Shown: positions 1 to 10,275, numbered from the stretch's first letter. The stretch is 20,000 nucleotides of DNA from an uncultured virus (IMG/VR IMGVR_UViG_3300032326_001218) (IMGVR_UViG_3300032326_001218), one strand, 5' to 3'. Notes: generated from the letters alone by a model not told the origin. Program-made: numbers and translations.

Positions 1-2
1 AA

Positions 3-227
3 AAATATAAAATATCAGAAAACAACTTATCTGAATTTTGGGGATTGTTTCGTAGTAACAAAACACCTGAAAAACTTCAAACCATTGTAAACAATGACCC
101 GGTGTTACAAAAGTTACAATCTGATTTAAGAAAGATACACGATAAAGCCGCTGATTATTTGGATAAAGTAAAGAAAGATGAGCCGGATATTTATCAGTAT
201 TTGCAAAAACATGGATTCGTAAAATAA
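3..227 (+). CDS. Hypothetical phage protein, 5'-partial, immediately upstream of the tape measure gene
   Basis: Frame is open from position 3 (KYKISENNLSEFWGLFRSNK...) to TAA at 225-227. The TTG start at 45 in the ORF track is probably not the real start. Confidence 0.6.
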   Translation, partial: KYKISENNLSEFWGLFRSNKTPEKLQTIVNNDPVLQKLQSDLRKIHDKAADYLDKVKKDEPDIYQYLQKHGFVK

Positions 228-238
228 AATTTTTGTAA

Positions 239-2644
239 ATGGCAGATGTAAGAAGTTTATCCGCTCAAGAGCTAGAAAGACAAAATCAATTACTCAAAGA
301 GCGAGAGCAGATTGAACAGCGAATAGAAGAGCGAAATAAAAGAATAGCTGTTGCTGGGCAAGAGGAAATCAAGCGTCTCAAAAAAAGAAATGAAGAGGAT
401 AAAATTCACAGCAAAAATTTAGACGAACAATTAAAGAGTTTAAAAGAGATTGAGGACAACGCAAGTGATTATGTAAAGTTTTGGGCAGATGCGGCAGAAA
501 AACAAGAAGATTTTTGGGAAACCTCAAATGATTTTGCAACATCATTTGCAAAAATGACACCAAAAGTAAGAGAGCTTTTAACCGATTCTAATAATGGCGG
601 TAATCAATTTGCAGCAATAACGGCTAGAATATTAAGTCTTAAAAAGCAGGAAATAAATGCAACCGGAGACGAGTTAGAATCGCTGCAGGAAAGAAGAAAA
701 GCATTAGAAGGTATAAGAAGTACACAGGTAGATGCAGCTGAAGGGTTAGCAACCGAAGAAGAAAAAGTGTTGGGTATAACTGATGCACAAAAAAGAAGAC
801 AAGAATTTCAAGCATCTATCCTTGGGATGAATGAAGAAGATAGAAAATTATCAGAACAGATATTCCAATCAAACGAAAATTTACTAAAACAACAGGAACG
901 ATTGGTTGAACTACAAAAGCAACAAGACCAATTAGTAGGTGCATTGCCGGAAGGACTACAATCGGCGTTAACCGTTGTAAAAGATTTAATACAAGGAATT
1001 GCAGCCGGATTAGGTCCTATTGTTATATTAGGAGCTGTGTTAGCCGCTGCATTAACAGAGTTTAGTGCAATTGAAGAAGCTGCGGGTAAATTTAGAGAAG
1101 ATACCGGATTAACAAAATCCAATACAAAAGAAATAGCCGAACAGGCAAAAACTATTAGAGCTGATTTTGCTGCATTAGGGGTAACTGCGGAAGATTATTA
1201 TGATACTATTAAAGCCGTAACCGAAGAATTTGGAGATACTGCTAGGTTTTCTAATGCAACGGTTGCATCAATTGTAGTTTTAAACAAAAACTTTTCAGTT
1301 GCTCAGAAAGATGCCGCTGCCGTAAATATGGTATTCCAGAGTATGGCGGGGCTAAGTGCGGAAACTGCACAAAGTGTTTCAATGCAATTGGCTGACCTTG
1401 CAAATATGGCAGGGGTTGCACCATCTAAAGTATTTGCAGATATTGCCGAATCGGCTGAAGAAGCAAATCTATATTTTAGAGATGATGTAAATGCTCTTTA
1501 TAAATCGGCAATAGAAGCTAGAAGATTAGGAACAAATTTAAAAGGCGTTCTTAAAACGGCAGAAGGTCTTTTGGACTTTGAAAGCGGTATAGAAAAAGAA
1601 TTAGTTGCAGCTACATTTGTTAGTGGACAGTTTAATTTATCACGTGCTAGAGCTTTAGCATATTCAGGAAAAGAAATTGAAGCACAACAAGAAGTTTTAA
1701 GACAATTGCAAAGGAGTGGTGATTTTAGAGATAAAGATATGTTCACTCAAAAAGCATTGGCAGATGCAACGAATATGACTGTGGGTGAAATTACAAAGCA
1801 ATTGACTATACAGGATAGATTAAACAGTGCAACCGCCGAACAAAAGAAACTTGTATCCGAAGCAATGGATAAAGGTTTAGATATTACCGCACTCAATGAA
1901 GACCAACTTGCTGCTAAAGTAAAAGAATTAGAAAAACAAGAAGAAATTGTTGATAAAGTAAAACAATTAGAAAATTCATTTCAAAGTGTAGTTGCACAAG
2001 TGGGTGGTGCATTAATGCCGATATTAGAAGCTTTAGCACCTATTTTACAAGCCGTACTTGCACCGATAACATGGGCAGCGGAAGGTATTAAGATGGTAGT
2101 TGATGGTTTAAAGCAAGGTAGTATTGCAGCATATGTGCTAGTTGGTGTTCTAACTAAAATGTATATAAAATCAATAGCTAGTGCAATAGCAGCTATTTTT
2201 ACCGGCTTTGGTGCTATGGGGCCATTTGGAATTGCTTTAGCGGGATTGGCTGTAGCAGGTTTATTATCAAAAATAAATCAAGCGAAACAAGTTGGTGATA
2301 TGGCGATAGATGCTGGAAATACCGGTGGAAAAACTAGAATTACAACAGCGGAAGGTGGGATATTTGAACCATCTGGAAATGACCAAATTGCAGTAGGACC
2401 TGGTGTATTAAACCGATTAGAAAGCCAAAATAGAATGGCAAATGCTGGTGGAGTACAAACTGGTGGATTGAATGCAAATAGTGGTGTAACCCTTTTAATA
2501 AATGAAGTGAAAAAATTAAGAGAAGATATGGGTTCTGGTAAAATTAAAGCAAACGCATTCTTGGATGGTATGAAAATCACATCAGGTATAACAAATGTAT
2601 CTGAAAATTCTACGAGAAACAATTTTAGTTACGGACAACGATAA
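239..2644 (+). CDS. Tail tape measure protein
   Basis: 801 aa. Long E/K/Q coiled-coil N-terminus, Ala-rich helical core, two hydrophobic Gly/Ala segments (AAGLGPIVILGAVLAAAL; AIFTGFGAMGPFGIALAGLAVAGLL). Lies upstream of baseplate genes. Confidence 0.8.
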   Translation: MADVRSLSAQELERQNQLLKEREQIEQRIEERNKRIAVAGQEEIKRLKKRNEEDKIHSKNLDEQLKSLKEIEDNASDYVKFWADAAEKQEDFWETSNDFATSFAKMTPKVRELLTDSNNGGNQFAAITARILSLKKQEINATGDELESLQERRKALEGIRSTQVDAAEGLATEEEKVLGITDAQKRRQEFQASILGMNEEDRKLSEQIFQSNENLLKQQERLVELQKQQDQLVGALPEGLQSALTVVKDLIQGIAAGLGPIVILGAVLAAALTEFSAIEEAAGKFREDTGLTKSNTKEIAEQAKTIRADFAALGVTAEDYYDTIKAVTEEFGDTARFSNATVASIVVLNKNFSVAQKDAAAVNMVFQSMAGLSAETAQSVSMQLADLANMAGVAPSKVFADIAESAEEANLYFRDDVNALYKSAIEARRLGTNLKGVLKTAEGLLDFESGIEKELVAATFVSGQFNLSRARALAYSGKEIEAQQEVLRQLQRSGDFRDKDMFTQKALADATNMTVGEITKQLTIQDRLNSATAEQKKLVSEAMDKGLDITALNEDQLAAKVKELEKQEEIVDKVKQLENSFQSVVAQVGGALMPILEALAPILQAVLAPITWAAEGIKMVVDGLKQGSIAAYVLVGVLTKMYIKSIASAIAAIFTGFGAMGPFGIALAGLAVAGLLSKINQAKQVGDMAIDAGNTGGKTRITTAEGGIFEPSGNDQIAVGPGVLNRLESQNRMANAGGVQTGGLNANSGVTLLINEVKKLREDMGSGKIKANAFLDGMKITSGITNVSENSTRNNFSYGQR

Positions 2645-2663
2645 AAAATAATAAATAAAAATA

Positions 2664-4622
2664 ATGCCAACTTTAATAGAATTATTTAATAATAGAGTAA
2701 TAACCGAAGGACCGAATGCGGGAAAAACTGCGGAAGATGCATACGCTATTAGAAATAGTAAAGACTTACCTATACAATCTTCAAATTTTTTATTAAGAGC
2801 AATTAATAAAAATACAAATCCTAGTCTTTTAGGTGGTGTTATTAGAAGTTTTGATTTTATCGGTAAAATAAACGAAAGAAGAAAAAAGTTTAGTGTTAAA
2901 GATAGTGAATCATTTGTAGAGCAAGAACAGGTAGGTTTACAACAATTTGCAACCACTGCAAGACCTCTAATTTATGGTGGAGATATTTTCAGAATTCTAA
3001 ATAAAAGAACAACAACTTTAAGTTATATTAAACAAAGAGCTAATTTAAACAATGGTCTTTTTGGTATTACTGATACTATTGCAAACGCGGCCGGTAATAT
3101 GGCAAATGATTATATCAATAATTTATTTGCCGGTAAAAAAGGAAAAGATGCAAGACCACCTGCACCGGATTTAACTGCAGTTGGAACACAATTGGCGGTA
3201 AATGCGGCAGATAGATTATTGGGCTCAATTTTACCAATGCCAATGGTCCCTTCAAAAGTTGCGGAAGAATTGCAATCAAGAGGAAAGGCTACTAGTGGTA
3301 ATAAGGCAAACGATTTTAATAGAGAGTATAATAGAGATAAGGCCATAATAACATTGGCAAATTCATCAAAAGTTCCGGGATTCTTTGCAAATCTTTTAAA
3401 AGAAAATAAAAACTTATTATCTCAAAGCGGTGGGGTTATCCAATCTACTGTAGCGGGAATTGCATCGGGACTTATAAAATCCGGTGTAAGGTCATTGGTA
3501 ACTGCAGGGATAAAGGCCGTAACAAAAAAGAAAATTGCTGCAAATAAATTACAAGCTGCCGGTGGTGTTCCTGGTAAAACACCATTAGGAAAAGAAGATA
3601 CACCTTGGTCAAGTTATAATCCATATGGAAAATCCGCGGATTATGAAACTACTAGACCATTAAGTGAGCAAACTACACTTAAAGCGGTTTTTTTACAAAG
3701 AGTAGCCGAACAACTAAAAGCGGACCCAAATGTAAAATTACCTGCATCTGCACCTGCAACACCTCAAAAACAAGCAGATGAAGACCTATTAAATTTTATA
3801 AATAAAGCAGCAGCTGGTTATAGTACTAGACAAAGTGTTATTAAAAATTCTAGAGATGATAGTAGAGGATTAACAACAAAAGGCGATGTACTAAATCTAA
3901 CAGATGATGCGATTTATGATGGTATCACCGTTACTGATACGGATACACAAAAATCTTTTGATGATTTTGATTTTATCGCTCTAAAATTTTATTCAGTTGG
4001 ATTGGATAAAACGGTTCAATTTAGATGTACCGTAACCGATTTTACCGAAACTTTTACACCATCATGGGAAACTCATAAATTTATAGGAAATCCATTTCCA
4101 TTTTATACATATGATAGTGTTGAAAGAACGTGTACTTTTAGTTTTAAAGTTTTTTCTTTGAACCTAGTTGAACATATGAACGTTTGGAAAAAACTTGATT
4201 TTTTAGGAAAACTAACCATGCCACAAGAATTTAGAGGAGCATCTGGAGCAGTTGTTCCACCTATTATTAAATTTACATTAGGAGATTTATATGTTGCAAA
4301 ACCGGCAATTGTTGATAACCTTTCCTTTGCAGTTAATCAGGATAGTCCTTGGGAAATTGGACTAAATGAAAAAATAGCAAACGGTACACGAATGTTACCT
4401 ATTCCAAATATCGGTGGGTTTACTGCTTTTGTTGAAACAGGGTTGACATCCGCAAATCATAAACTTCCAATGATAATGGATATTGAGGTATCGCTTAAAT
4501 TCTTGGAATCTAGACAAACAATTGAAAGTTCAAATCTATATGGATATGAACTACCTGCAACACAACTTAGTATAGACCCAAAAACACAGAAACCAGTTCC
4601 ACCTAATTATACAAAAGTTTAA
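2664..4622 (+). CDS. Baseplate/tail-tube initiator-like protein with long N-terminal extension
   Basis: C-terminal ~200 aa (VQFRCTVTDFTETFTPSW...YTYDSVERTCTFSFKV...PPIIKFTLGDLY...IVDNLSF...PW...PMIMDIEVSLKFLE) has the pattern of contractile-tail tube-fold initiator proteins. Follows the tape measure gene. Confidence 0.6.
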   Translation: MPTLIELFNNRVITEGPNAGKTAEDAYAIRNSKDLPIQSSNFLLRAINKNTNPSLLGGVIRSFDFIGKINERRKKFSVKDSESFVEQEQVGLQQFATTARPLIYGGDIFRILNKRTTTLSYIKQRANLNNGLFGITDTIANAAGNMANDYINNLFAGKKGKDARPPAPDLTAVGTQLAVNAADRLLGSILPMPMVPSKVAEELQSRGKATSGNKANDFNREYNRDKAIITLANSSKVPGFFANLLKENKNLLSQSGGVIQSTVAGIASGLIKSGVRSLVTAGIKAVTKKKIAANKLQAAGGVPGKTPLGKEDTPWSSYNPYGKSADYETTRPLSEQTTLKAVFLQRVAEQLKADPNVKLPASAPATPQKQADEDLLNFINKAAAGYSTRQSVIKNSRDDSRGLTTKGDVLNLTDDAIYDGITVTDTDTQKSFDDFDFIALKFYSVGLDKTVQFRCTVTDFTETFTPSWETHKFIGNPFPFYTYDSVERTCTFSFKVFSLNLVEHMNVWKKLDFLGKLTMPQEFRGASGAVVPPIIKFTLGDLYVAKPAIVDNLSFAVNQDSPWEIGLNEKIANGTRMLPIPNIGGFTAFVETGLTSANHKLPMIMDIEVSLKFLESRQTIESSNLYGYELPATQLSIDPKTQKPVPPNYTKV

Positions 4623-4625
4623 TAA

Positions 4626-6437
4626 ATGAGTGTATATAATACAGAACCTGTGAAAAAAAATACCCAAAATAATCAATCCAAATCGGTGAACCGTATTCAA
4701 CCCGGATTGAATACACCTTCTGCAAACCAAAGTAAAGGGATGACAGTTAGCTTCCAAACTACTGCTGATTTAAACCAGAAATACGAAGGTAAATTGTTTG
4801 ACCCGGATAAGGGAAAATTTAAAACGATAGCGGATTATCATACACAAACAAATGCGGGAATAGCCGGAGTAGGTTATAATATAATGCTATCAGCGAATTT
4901 TGGAAGTGCTGGTGCGATTGCTGCAGGGAAAGTACTTGGTATTGGACTTGGGACCACCAGTTTAGTGTTGGGCGAAAATTATAGTGTTGGAAAGGCAGCC
5001 GCGATAACTAGTACTGCATATGCGTTAAAAGCGTCAAATTTTGGATATGAAGGTGTTAGAAACGCAATATCAGTACCGTTAAAAAAATGGGTAGGTACTG
5101 CTACAATACAGCAAAGACTTGGACGAAATGCGGTACATGTGTGGGAACAGACTGGCCAATGGTTATATGATGAGGTTTATCATAAGATACCCATGATAAA
5201 TCCATTGGGTGCAATTCCTGGCCACCATGTTGGGTTTAGTGTAGTTCCATTACAATGGGTGGAATCATATGTAACAAAAGATATGGCAAAAAGTGCTTAC
5301 GGAGCGGTTTTTGGTAAAAAGCCGTATCAGCCGTGGCAAACGGGTCAGAGCAGTATTGACCGATTATATCTTGAAAACAGTACGTTTAGTTTATCATCTC
5401 CAAGTGGTAATTCTGTTTCAAATTATATAAAACCAGCAAGTGTGGATTTCAACGCCACGATACGTTCTATACGTCCTCCAGAAACTGTATCTGATGCCGG
5501 AGCATCAACGTATAGAGTAAAAACTAGGAAACCACCCAAAGAAGAAAAATCGGAAGAAGAACTGTTAGTAAAATTTTTGACGGATTTTAACGCAGCTGCG
5601 CCGAAAAACAAATGGGAACGTAGATGGAAAGAAATAATATATCCAGAAATATATGCAGATTATAATAAAGCGATAGGACAAATAGGAAAACTTGCATTAA
5701 AAAAGGCAACCGGTAACTGGTTTACTAATTTAGGTCAATGGTTTCAAAACGCTATGTTTGGCGATGTTGAAAAAGCAATTAAAAACATCATTACGGGAAC
5801 AGAAGGTACGAGTAAATTATCTAATGGAATAGATTATACCGATGAAATGATTGAAAAATTAGCAAAATTTAAAACTGATTTAGAAAATGCAGGCGGAAAA
5901 TTTATAATTAATTCAGATGGAAGTTATCATTTCCAATACCCAACCGAAGAGCAAGATAAAATTTATACGGAAAAATTAAGAACCAAATTTAAATATTCAA
6001 CTACAGCAGCAGGCATGTTAGCAGGCGCGGACAAAGAAGACCCGGTTGATATTGCAAAAACACAAAACAATATACCTCTTATACGAAACATGAATAAAAT
6101 CGCAAACAAAAACCAGGAAGATTTAAGTTTGAGGCAATTTATCAAAAACACGTATAATGTAGATGTTTTTAAAAAAAGATTGGGTTCAAATCTTGAAAAT
6201 ATACAAAAATTAACCGGAAGGACAAAAGCTCAAGTAATTGATGCATTCTATGCACAATATCCACAATACCAAACGGAAGATTATAAAGTAGAAAAACAAT
6301 TAAATAAATTGCCAGAAACCTGGCAAAAAAAACAATTTTTAGGCAAGTATAATAATTATCATGGGCTGAATAGAAAAGGTCGCTCTCAATTCACATATGA
6401 CCCTCGAACCGGCCTTCGCAGAATAATCACTAATTAA
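4626..6437 (+). CDS. Hypothetical protein (603 aa) within the baseplate cluster
   Basis: Long uninterrupted ORF starting 3 nt after the previous stop. Has a Gly/Ala-rich hydrophobic stretch near residues 75-135 and no recognisable motif. Confidence 0.75.
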   Translation: MSVYNTEPVKKNTQNNQSKSVNRIQPGLNTPSANQSKGMTVSFQTTADLNQKYEGKLFDPDKGKFKTIADYHTQTNAGIAGVGYNIMLSANFGSAGAIAAGKVLGIGLGTTSLVLGENYSVGKAAAITSTAYALKASNFGYEGVRNAISVPLKKWVGTATIQQRLGRNAVHVWEQTGQWLYDEVYHKIPMINPLGAIPGHHVGFSVVPLQWVESYVTKDMAKSAYGAVFGKKPYQPWQTGQSSIDRLYLENSTFSLSSPSGNSVSNYIKPASVDFNATIRSIRPPETVSDAGASTYRVKTRKPPKEEKSEEELLVKFLTDFNAAAPKNKWERRWKEIIYPEIYADYNKAIGQIGKLALKKATGNWFTNLGQWFQNAMFGDVEKAIKNIITGTEGTSKLSNGIDYTDEMIEKLAKFKTDLENAGGKFIINSDGSYHFQYPTEEQDKIYTEKLRTKFKYSTTAAGMLAGADKEDPVDIAKTQNNIPLIRNMNKIANKNQEDLSLRQFIKNTYNVDVFKKRLGSNLENIQKLTGRTKAQVIDAFYAQYPQYQTEDYKVEKQLNKLPETWQKKQFLGKYNNYHGLNRKGRSQFTYDPRTGLRRIITN

Positions 6438-6464
6438 AAAAGATAATTTTTAATAATTAATTAT

Positions 6465-6749
6465 ATGAGATATAGAAATAATCTAATTAAAAAAACAATA
6501 GACGGAAAGGAAGTTTATATACCAAATATTTTACCAGATATTCCGGATGCATCAACTGATATATACGTTGCTACCGAAACCGGTGATAGATTGGATTCGT
6601 TGGCGTACACTTTTTACAAAGATTCAAATTTATGGTGGATAATAGCTGCAGCAAATAAAATTCATAATGCTCCTATTGGATTTCCTGATGGGACTATATT
6701 AAGAATACCATTAGCATACCAGGCCATACTTTCTCAAATAGGTTATTAA
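6465..6749 (+). CDS. LysM-like baseplate wedge protein (gp53/tail X-like)
   Basis: GDRLDSLAYTFYKDSNLWWIIAAAN...GTILRIP is the typical LysM-like baseplate motif. Confidence 0.85.
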   Translation: MRYRNNLIKKTIDGKEVYIPNILPDIPDASTDIYVATETGDRLDSLAYTFYKDSNLWWIIAAANKIHNAPIGFPDGTILRIPLAYQAILSQIGY

Positions 6750-6767
6750 AAATAAAATATATACAAT

Positions 6768-9479
6768 ATGTCATATCCAATATTTGGTAGCATTGATACC
6801 GATATCTATAACAACATACAAACATCAGGTAAAGCGTCAACCGGGGGAAGTGTAGATATAACACAGGCCTCAACCGAATTGGTGCCATGGGTTCGTATTA
6901 TATCTGCAACCGATAGATTGCAAGCTGGGAAATCTGGTTCTTTTGGCTTGATACTTTATTCAAATCCAGATGTACCAATGTTTTCGGATTACCTATCATT
7001 TACAAAGAATGCAAGTAATCAAATTACGGCGATAAACCAAACCCCTAGTGTGTATGGTGGAAGATATACAAGTGGCATGCTTGGGGTGGATTTTAGTGGA
7101 AAGGCTATCTATCCGTATCTAACCCCATGGACAGGAGACCTTGTATTAAGACCTGGACCGTTGGTAACAGCTATGGATATAAAGGAAGGTAAAGACCAAA
7201 TATCAAGACATTGTACTTTAACTGTTAAATGTTTTTCACTTGCACAAGCCGAACTTTTACAAGAATATTTAATGGAACCTGGGCATACTCTGTTTGTTGA
7301 ATATGGATGGAACACCGATGCATCAATTGCGGAATGTATAGATACTGCTACTCCTGGAACAATAATATCTGAAGCAACTGATGTGGGATTGGATTACTCT
7401 TTACTACAAAATAAACGAATAAGTTCATATGGTGATTATGATGCGTTTTATGGATTTATAGTGGGTGGTTCTTTGAGTTCGGAAAATGATATATTCAATT
7501 TAACAATTAATTTAAGAGGTGCACCAGGATTACCAATATTTCTACAAGGGCAACACACTTATTTAGAGTTGGATAAAAGTACCAAACAGGTTAAAAATAT
7601 ACCGGCAACGCAAACGTATTCAATAAATGATATTGATGAGGTTGCGACTGGTGCAAGTAGAGGTAAAACAATGGGTGGTAGAAGGTATAAATGGATGTTT
7701 AACAAACTACCTGGAAATAGACAAACAGCTGAAGTTAAAGCTATAATTCAAAAGGTATATGATACTGACCAATATGGGTGGTGGGATTTACTAAATTTTG
7801 ATTATAAAGTTTCACAAGAAGTGGCTAATGCATTAGCGGATACATTTATTACTTCTATAAAAGAATTATTTGGTCAAAAAGAATTTAGTGTTGGTGGATT
7901 AACCGTTCCAAAAGATAAATTGATTTCTGAAAACCGATATATAAGATTTGGAGTTGCACTTGATATACTTAATGCAAATAATGGATTGTGGGCATATAAA
8001 ATGGGAACTCAGTCGGTTACTTGTAGAGTAAATAATTATGGATTGATTGGAGCATTTCCAAATATGTTTTCTACCAAACCAAGTAAATTGATAATACCTG
8101 GAAAAATGCCGGACTTTTATCAATATTATTGTAATCCAACACCGGTATCAGTTCGGGACATTTTAACAAAAAATTTTATAGATAACCGTGTAGATGGATA
8201 CGCGTTTCAAGCGAGTTCTGGCAAATACGTGCCCACACTATTATCGTTTGTACAAGAAGTGGATATACCTGGTGCTGTTGCGGCAGGTACTTATTACAAT
8301 GGATTTTATGAAAAAGCCGGATATTATGGAAAATTGGAAAATTTATACATAAATTTTAATGTATTTGTAAACGCATTAAAAAACTCATCAAATAAATCAA
8401 TGAGAGATGTGTTGGTTGAAATGTGTAACGAAATGTCATCTGCTGTAAACTCATTTTGGAATTTACAAGTTATTGAAATACCAATGGAGGGCGGTGTTAA
8501 ATTGCAGATAATTGATGAAAACTGGAGAGGGTATCTTGCCAATAAGAAAAAAACTGTAAAAGAATTTTTCCATTCAGGAGAACAATCAATCTTTTTAGAA
8601 GCAACTTTGGATATAGATATTCCACAAGAAATGACAAACCAAATTGTTTTAAAAAGAGAAGATTATTCAAGTAATCCTGACTCACAAGGATTAGATATGG
8701 GGGGATTATTTGGCAAATCAAAAGATAGATTTTTTGATGAAGTGGATTATAGAAAAACCACACTAACCACAGCATCATCTCCCAAAACAGCTTCAACTCC
8801 ATCCCGTGTCCCAGCCGATATACAAAAAGAAATTGATACATTATTAGCTAGTTTAGTTAAAAGTAGTAAAACATCGGGATTACGAAGTGGGATTACAACT
8901 GTAACTGATACATATAAAGATTCCGCGGGTAATCTTGTTTATACCGAAACACGAACTGGTGGTATAGTGAGTTCAAATAAATATAATCGTGGTATATCGC
9001 AAGCGGACAAATTATTGGATTTACGAAAAGAATTTGCTACCGTAACGGCCGCGGCAAAAGATGTAGCAGAGACGGCTTTGAGTACGAATTTGAATAAAAT
9101 TGATGTTATACCAAATCCAATTACAAATATAATTGTACCAATGGCATTGAAACCCGCAGCCGGTTTTACGGAGTTTAATAAAAACTTTAAAATATATTGT
9201 TGCGATGATACTCAATTATTTGACATTATGAAAAATAATGCATTTGAAGCATATAGTGGTGTTGAAAAAACATCACACCCACTACCGATAAAATATACTT
9301 TTAAAATTTTGGGAAAAAGCGGTTTAAGAAGGGGTGATACTTTTAATGTTATTGGTATTCCTAAAAAATATAGAGACTTTGGATTTTTCCAAATAACCCA
9401 GGTGGAACAAACCGTTGAGGGTAATAGTTGGTACACAACCGTAATCGGACAATATTTTCAGCAATTAAAATCAGTATAA
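6768..9479 (+). CDS. Baseplate hub-like protein (gp27/GpD/VgrG-fold-like)
   Basis: 903 aa following the LysM gene. N-terminal RPGP...MEPGHTLFVEYGW and C-terminal IKYTFKILGKSGLRRGDTFNVIGIP...FQITQVEQTVEGNSWYTTVIG resemble hub termini. Confidence 0.6.
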   Translation: MSYPIFGSIDTDIYNNIQTSGKASTGGSVDITQASTELVPWVRIISATDRLQAGKSGSFGLILYSNPDVPMFSDYLSFTKNASNQITAINQTPSVYGGRYTSGMLGVDFSGKAIYPYLTPWTGDLVLRPGPLVTAMDIKEGKDQISRHCTLTVKCFSLAQAELLQEYLMEPGHTLFVEYGWNTDASIAECIDTATPGTIISEATDVGLDYSLLQNKRISSYGDYDAFYGFIVGGSLSSENDIFNLTINLRGAPGLPIFLQGQHTYLELDKSTKQVKNIPATQTYSINDIDEVATGASRGKTMGGRRYKWMFNKLPGNRQTAEVKAIIQKVYDTDQYGWWDLLNFDYKVSQEVANALADTFITSIKELFGQKEFSVGGLTVPKDKLISENRYIRFGVALDILNANNGLWAYKMGTQSVTCRVNNYGLIGAFPNMFSTKPSKLIIPGKMPDFYQYYCNPTPVSVRDILTKNFIDNRVDGYAFQASSGKYVPTLLSFVQEVDIPGAVAAGTYYNGFYEKAGYYGKLENLYINFNVFVNALKNSSNKSMRDVLVEMCNEMSSAVNSFWNLQVIEIPMEGGVKLQIIDENWRGYLANKKKTVKEFFHSGEQSIFLEATLDIDIPQEMTNQIVLKREDYSSNPDSQGLDMGGLFGKSKDRFFDEVDYRKTTLTTASSPKTASTPSRVPADIQKEIDTLLASLVKSSKTSGLRSGITTVTDTYKDSAGNLVYTETRTGGIVSSNKYNRGISQADKLLDLRKEFATVTAAAKDVAETALSTNLNKIDVIPNPITNIIVPMALKPAAGFTEFNKNFKIYCCDDTQLFDIMKNNAFEAYSGVEKTSHPLPIKYTFKILGKSGLRRGDTFNVIGIPKKYRDFGFFQITQVEQTVEGNSWYTTVIGQYFQQLKSV

Positions 9480-9844
9480 TGGCAATAGATATTATTACAT
9501 ATGTTAGAGCTAAATCAACAAACGAAGATGAAATTACACAATTGGATATAAAGACACATGTCCCAACTCCGGATGAAAATGATTATGCAGTAGGGTATAT
9601 TGTTAGATACTTTTTACAAAAGATAAACGATACGGATGCTACTATATATGAAATAAGCAATTACTTTCAGGATGCAGTACAATCAAATGGGCTATATAAA
9701 ATTCAATCTATAAAATGGAGAATTATCGGAACTCCACAAGATATTATGGATTCTAATAAAAAATCAATTTCTTTAGCATTAGAAAACATGCCAAAACTTT
9801 CACTATATCTTCCAAATCTTTTGCAGTTTGCAAAAATAAAATAA
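9479..9844 (+). CDS. Hypothetical protein (121 aa), probably structural
   Basis: ATG at 9479 overlaps the hub TAA (TAATG coupling), so it is preferred over the 9428 start. Motif PTPDENDYAVGYIVRYFLQK. Confidence 0.7.
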   Translation: MAIDIITYVRAKSTNEDEITQLDIKTHVPTPDENDYAVGYIVRYFLQKINDTDATIYEISNYFQDAVQSNGLYKIQSIKWRIIGTPQDIMDSNKKSISLALENMPKLSLYLPNLLQFAKIK

Positions 9845-9876
9845 TTTGGAAATCTAAATTATTATTCGTATATTTA
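9845..9876 (+). promoter_or_regulatory. Bacteroidota-type sigma-A promoter for the tmRNA
   Basis: TTTG (9845-9848), 20-nt spacer, TATATTTA (9869-9876; one mismatch to TAnnTTTG). Ends 11 nt before the tmRNA 5' end. Confidence 0.65.
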
Positions 9877-9887
9877 CATAATTATAT

Positions 9888-10275
9888 GGGGATGCCATGG
9901 ATTTGATTGCGATGAGAATGGTAGTACCACACGTAGACAGAAGTGCTAGATGTCTTTAAATCTGTACAAAACAATAACTGACGTAGAATTATCTACTTGG
10001 ACCTTTGATGACGTAATGTCATTCATGGGTGCTGATTTAGCTGTAGCAGCCTAATCACCTCCCGTATCACTCATGGGGTTTAAAAAAGAAGTGAACAAAA
10101 AAGAGCTCTACCTATCGGCTCTCTAAAACTGATAGGATGGTGGAATCGCTGTTTTAACCAAACGGCCCCAATTATTTTGGAAAGTTTGTAAGATTAAACT
10201 TTATCCTAAACGTGTGACATGCTGGTATTATGATTACTTCGTAAGACAGGGGTTCGATTCCCCTCATCTCCACCA
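9888..10275 (+). ncRNA. ssrA: tmRNA (transfer-messenger RNA), one-piece, encoded CCA
   Basis: 5' GGGGATG pairs with 3' CATCTCC-A-CCA with a G3:U wobble. T-arm AGGGG-TTCGATT-CCCCT at 10248-10264. Helix 2 TTGCGA 9907-9912 / TCGTAA 10239-10244. pk1 AGACA/TGTCT and a later pseudoknot AGAGC/GCTCT plus CCTATC/GATAGG. Tag frame follows ATAACT. Confidence 0.96.
9980..10054 (+). other. tmRNA proteolysis-tag reading frame (A)DVELSTWTFDDVMSFMGADLAVAA*
   Basis: Resume codon GAC directly follows the canonical ATAACT. 24 codons ending GTA GCA GCC TAA. Confidence 0.85.

Noticed and set aside
239..9844. Bacterial eCIS/tailocin locus rather than a phage
   Set aside because: Contiguity with a gp32-like SSB, a polymerase, an endolysin and T4-like regulatory signals indicates a replicating phage genome.
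10245..10275. Apparent stand-alone tRNA (GGTTCGATTCCC...CCA)
   Set aside because: No anticodon arm is present, and the acceptor partner is at 9888, so this is the tRNA-like domain of the tmRNA.
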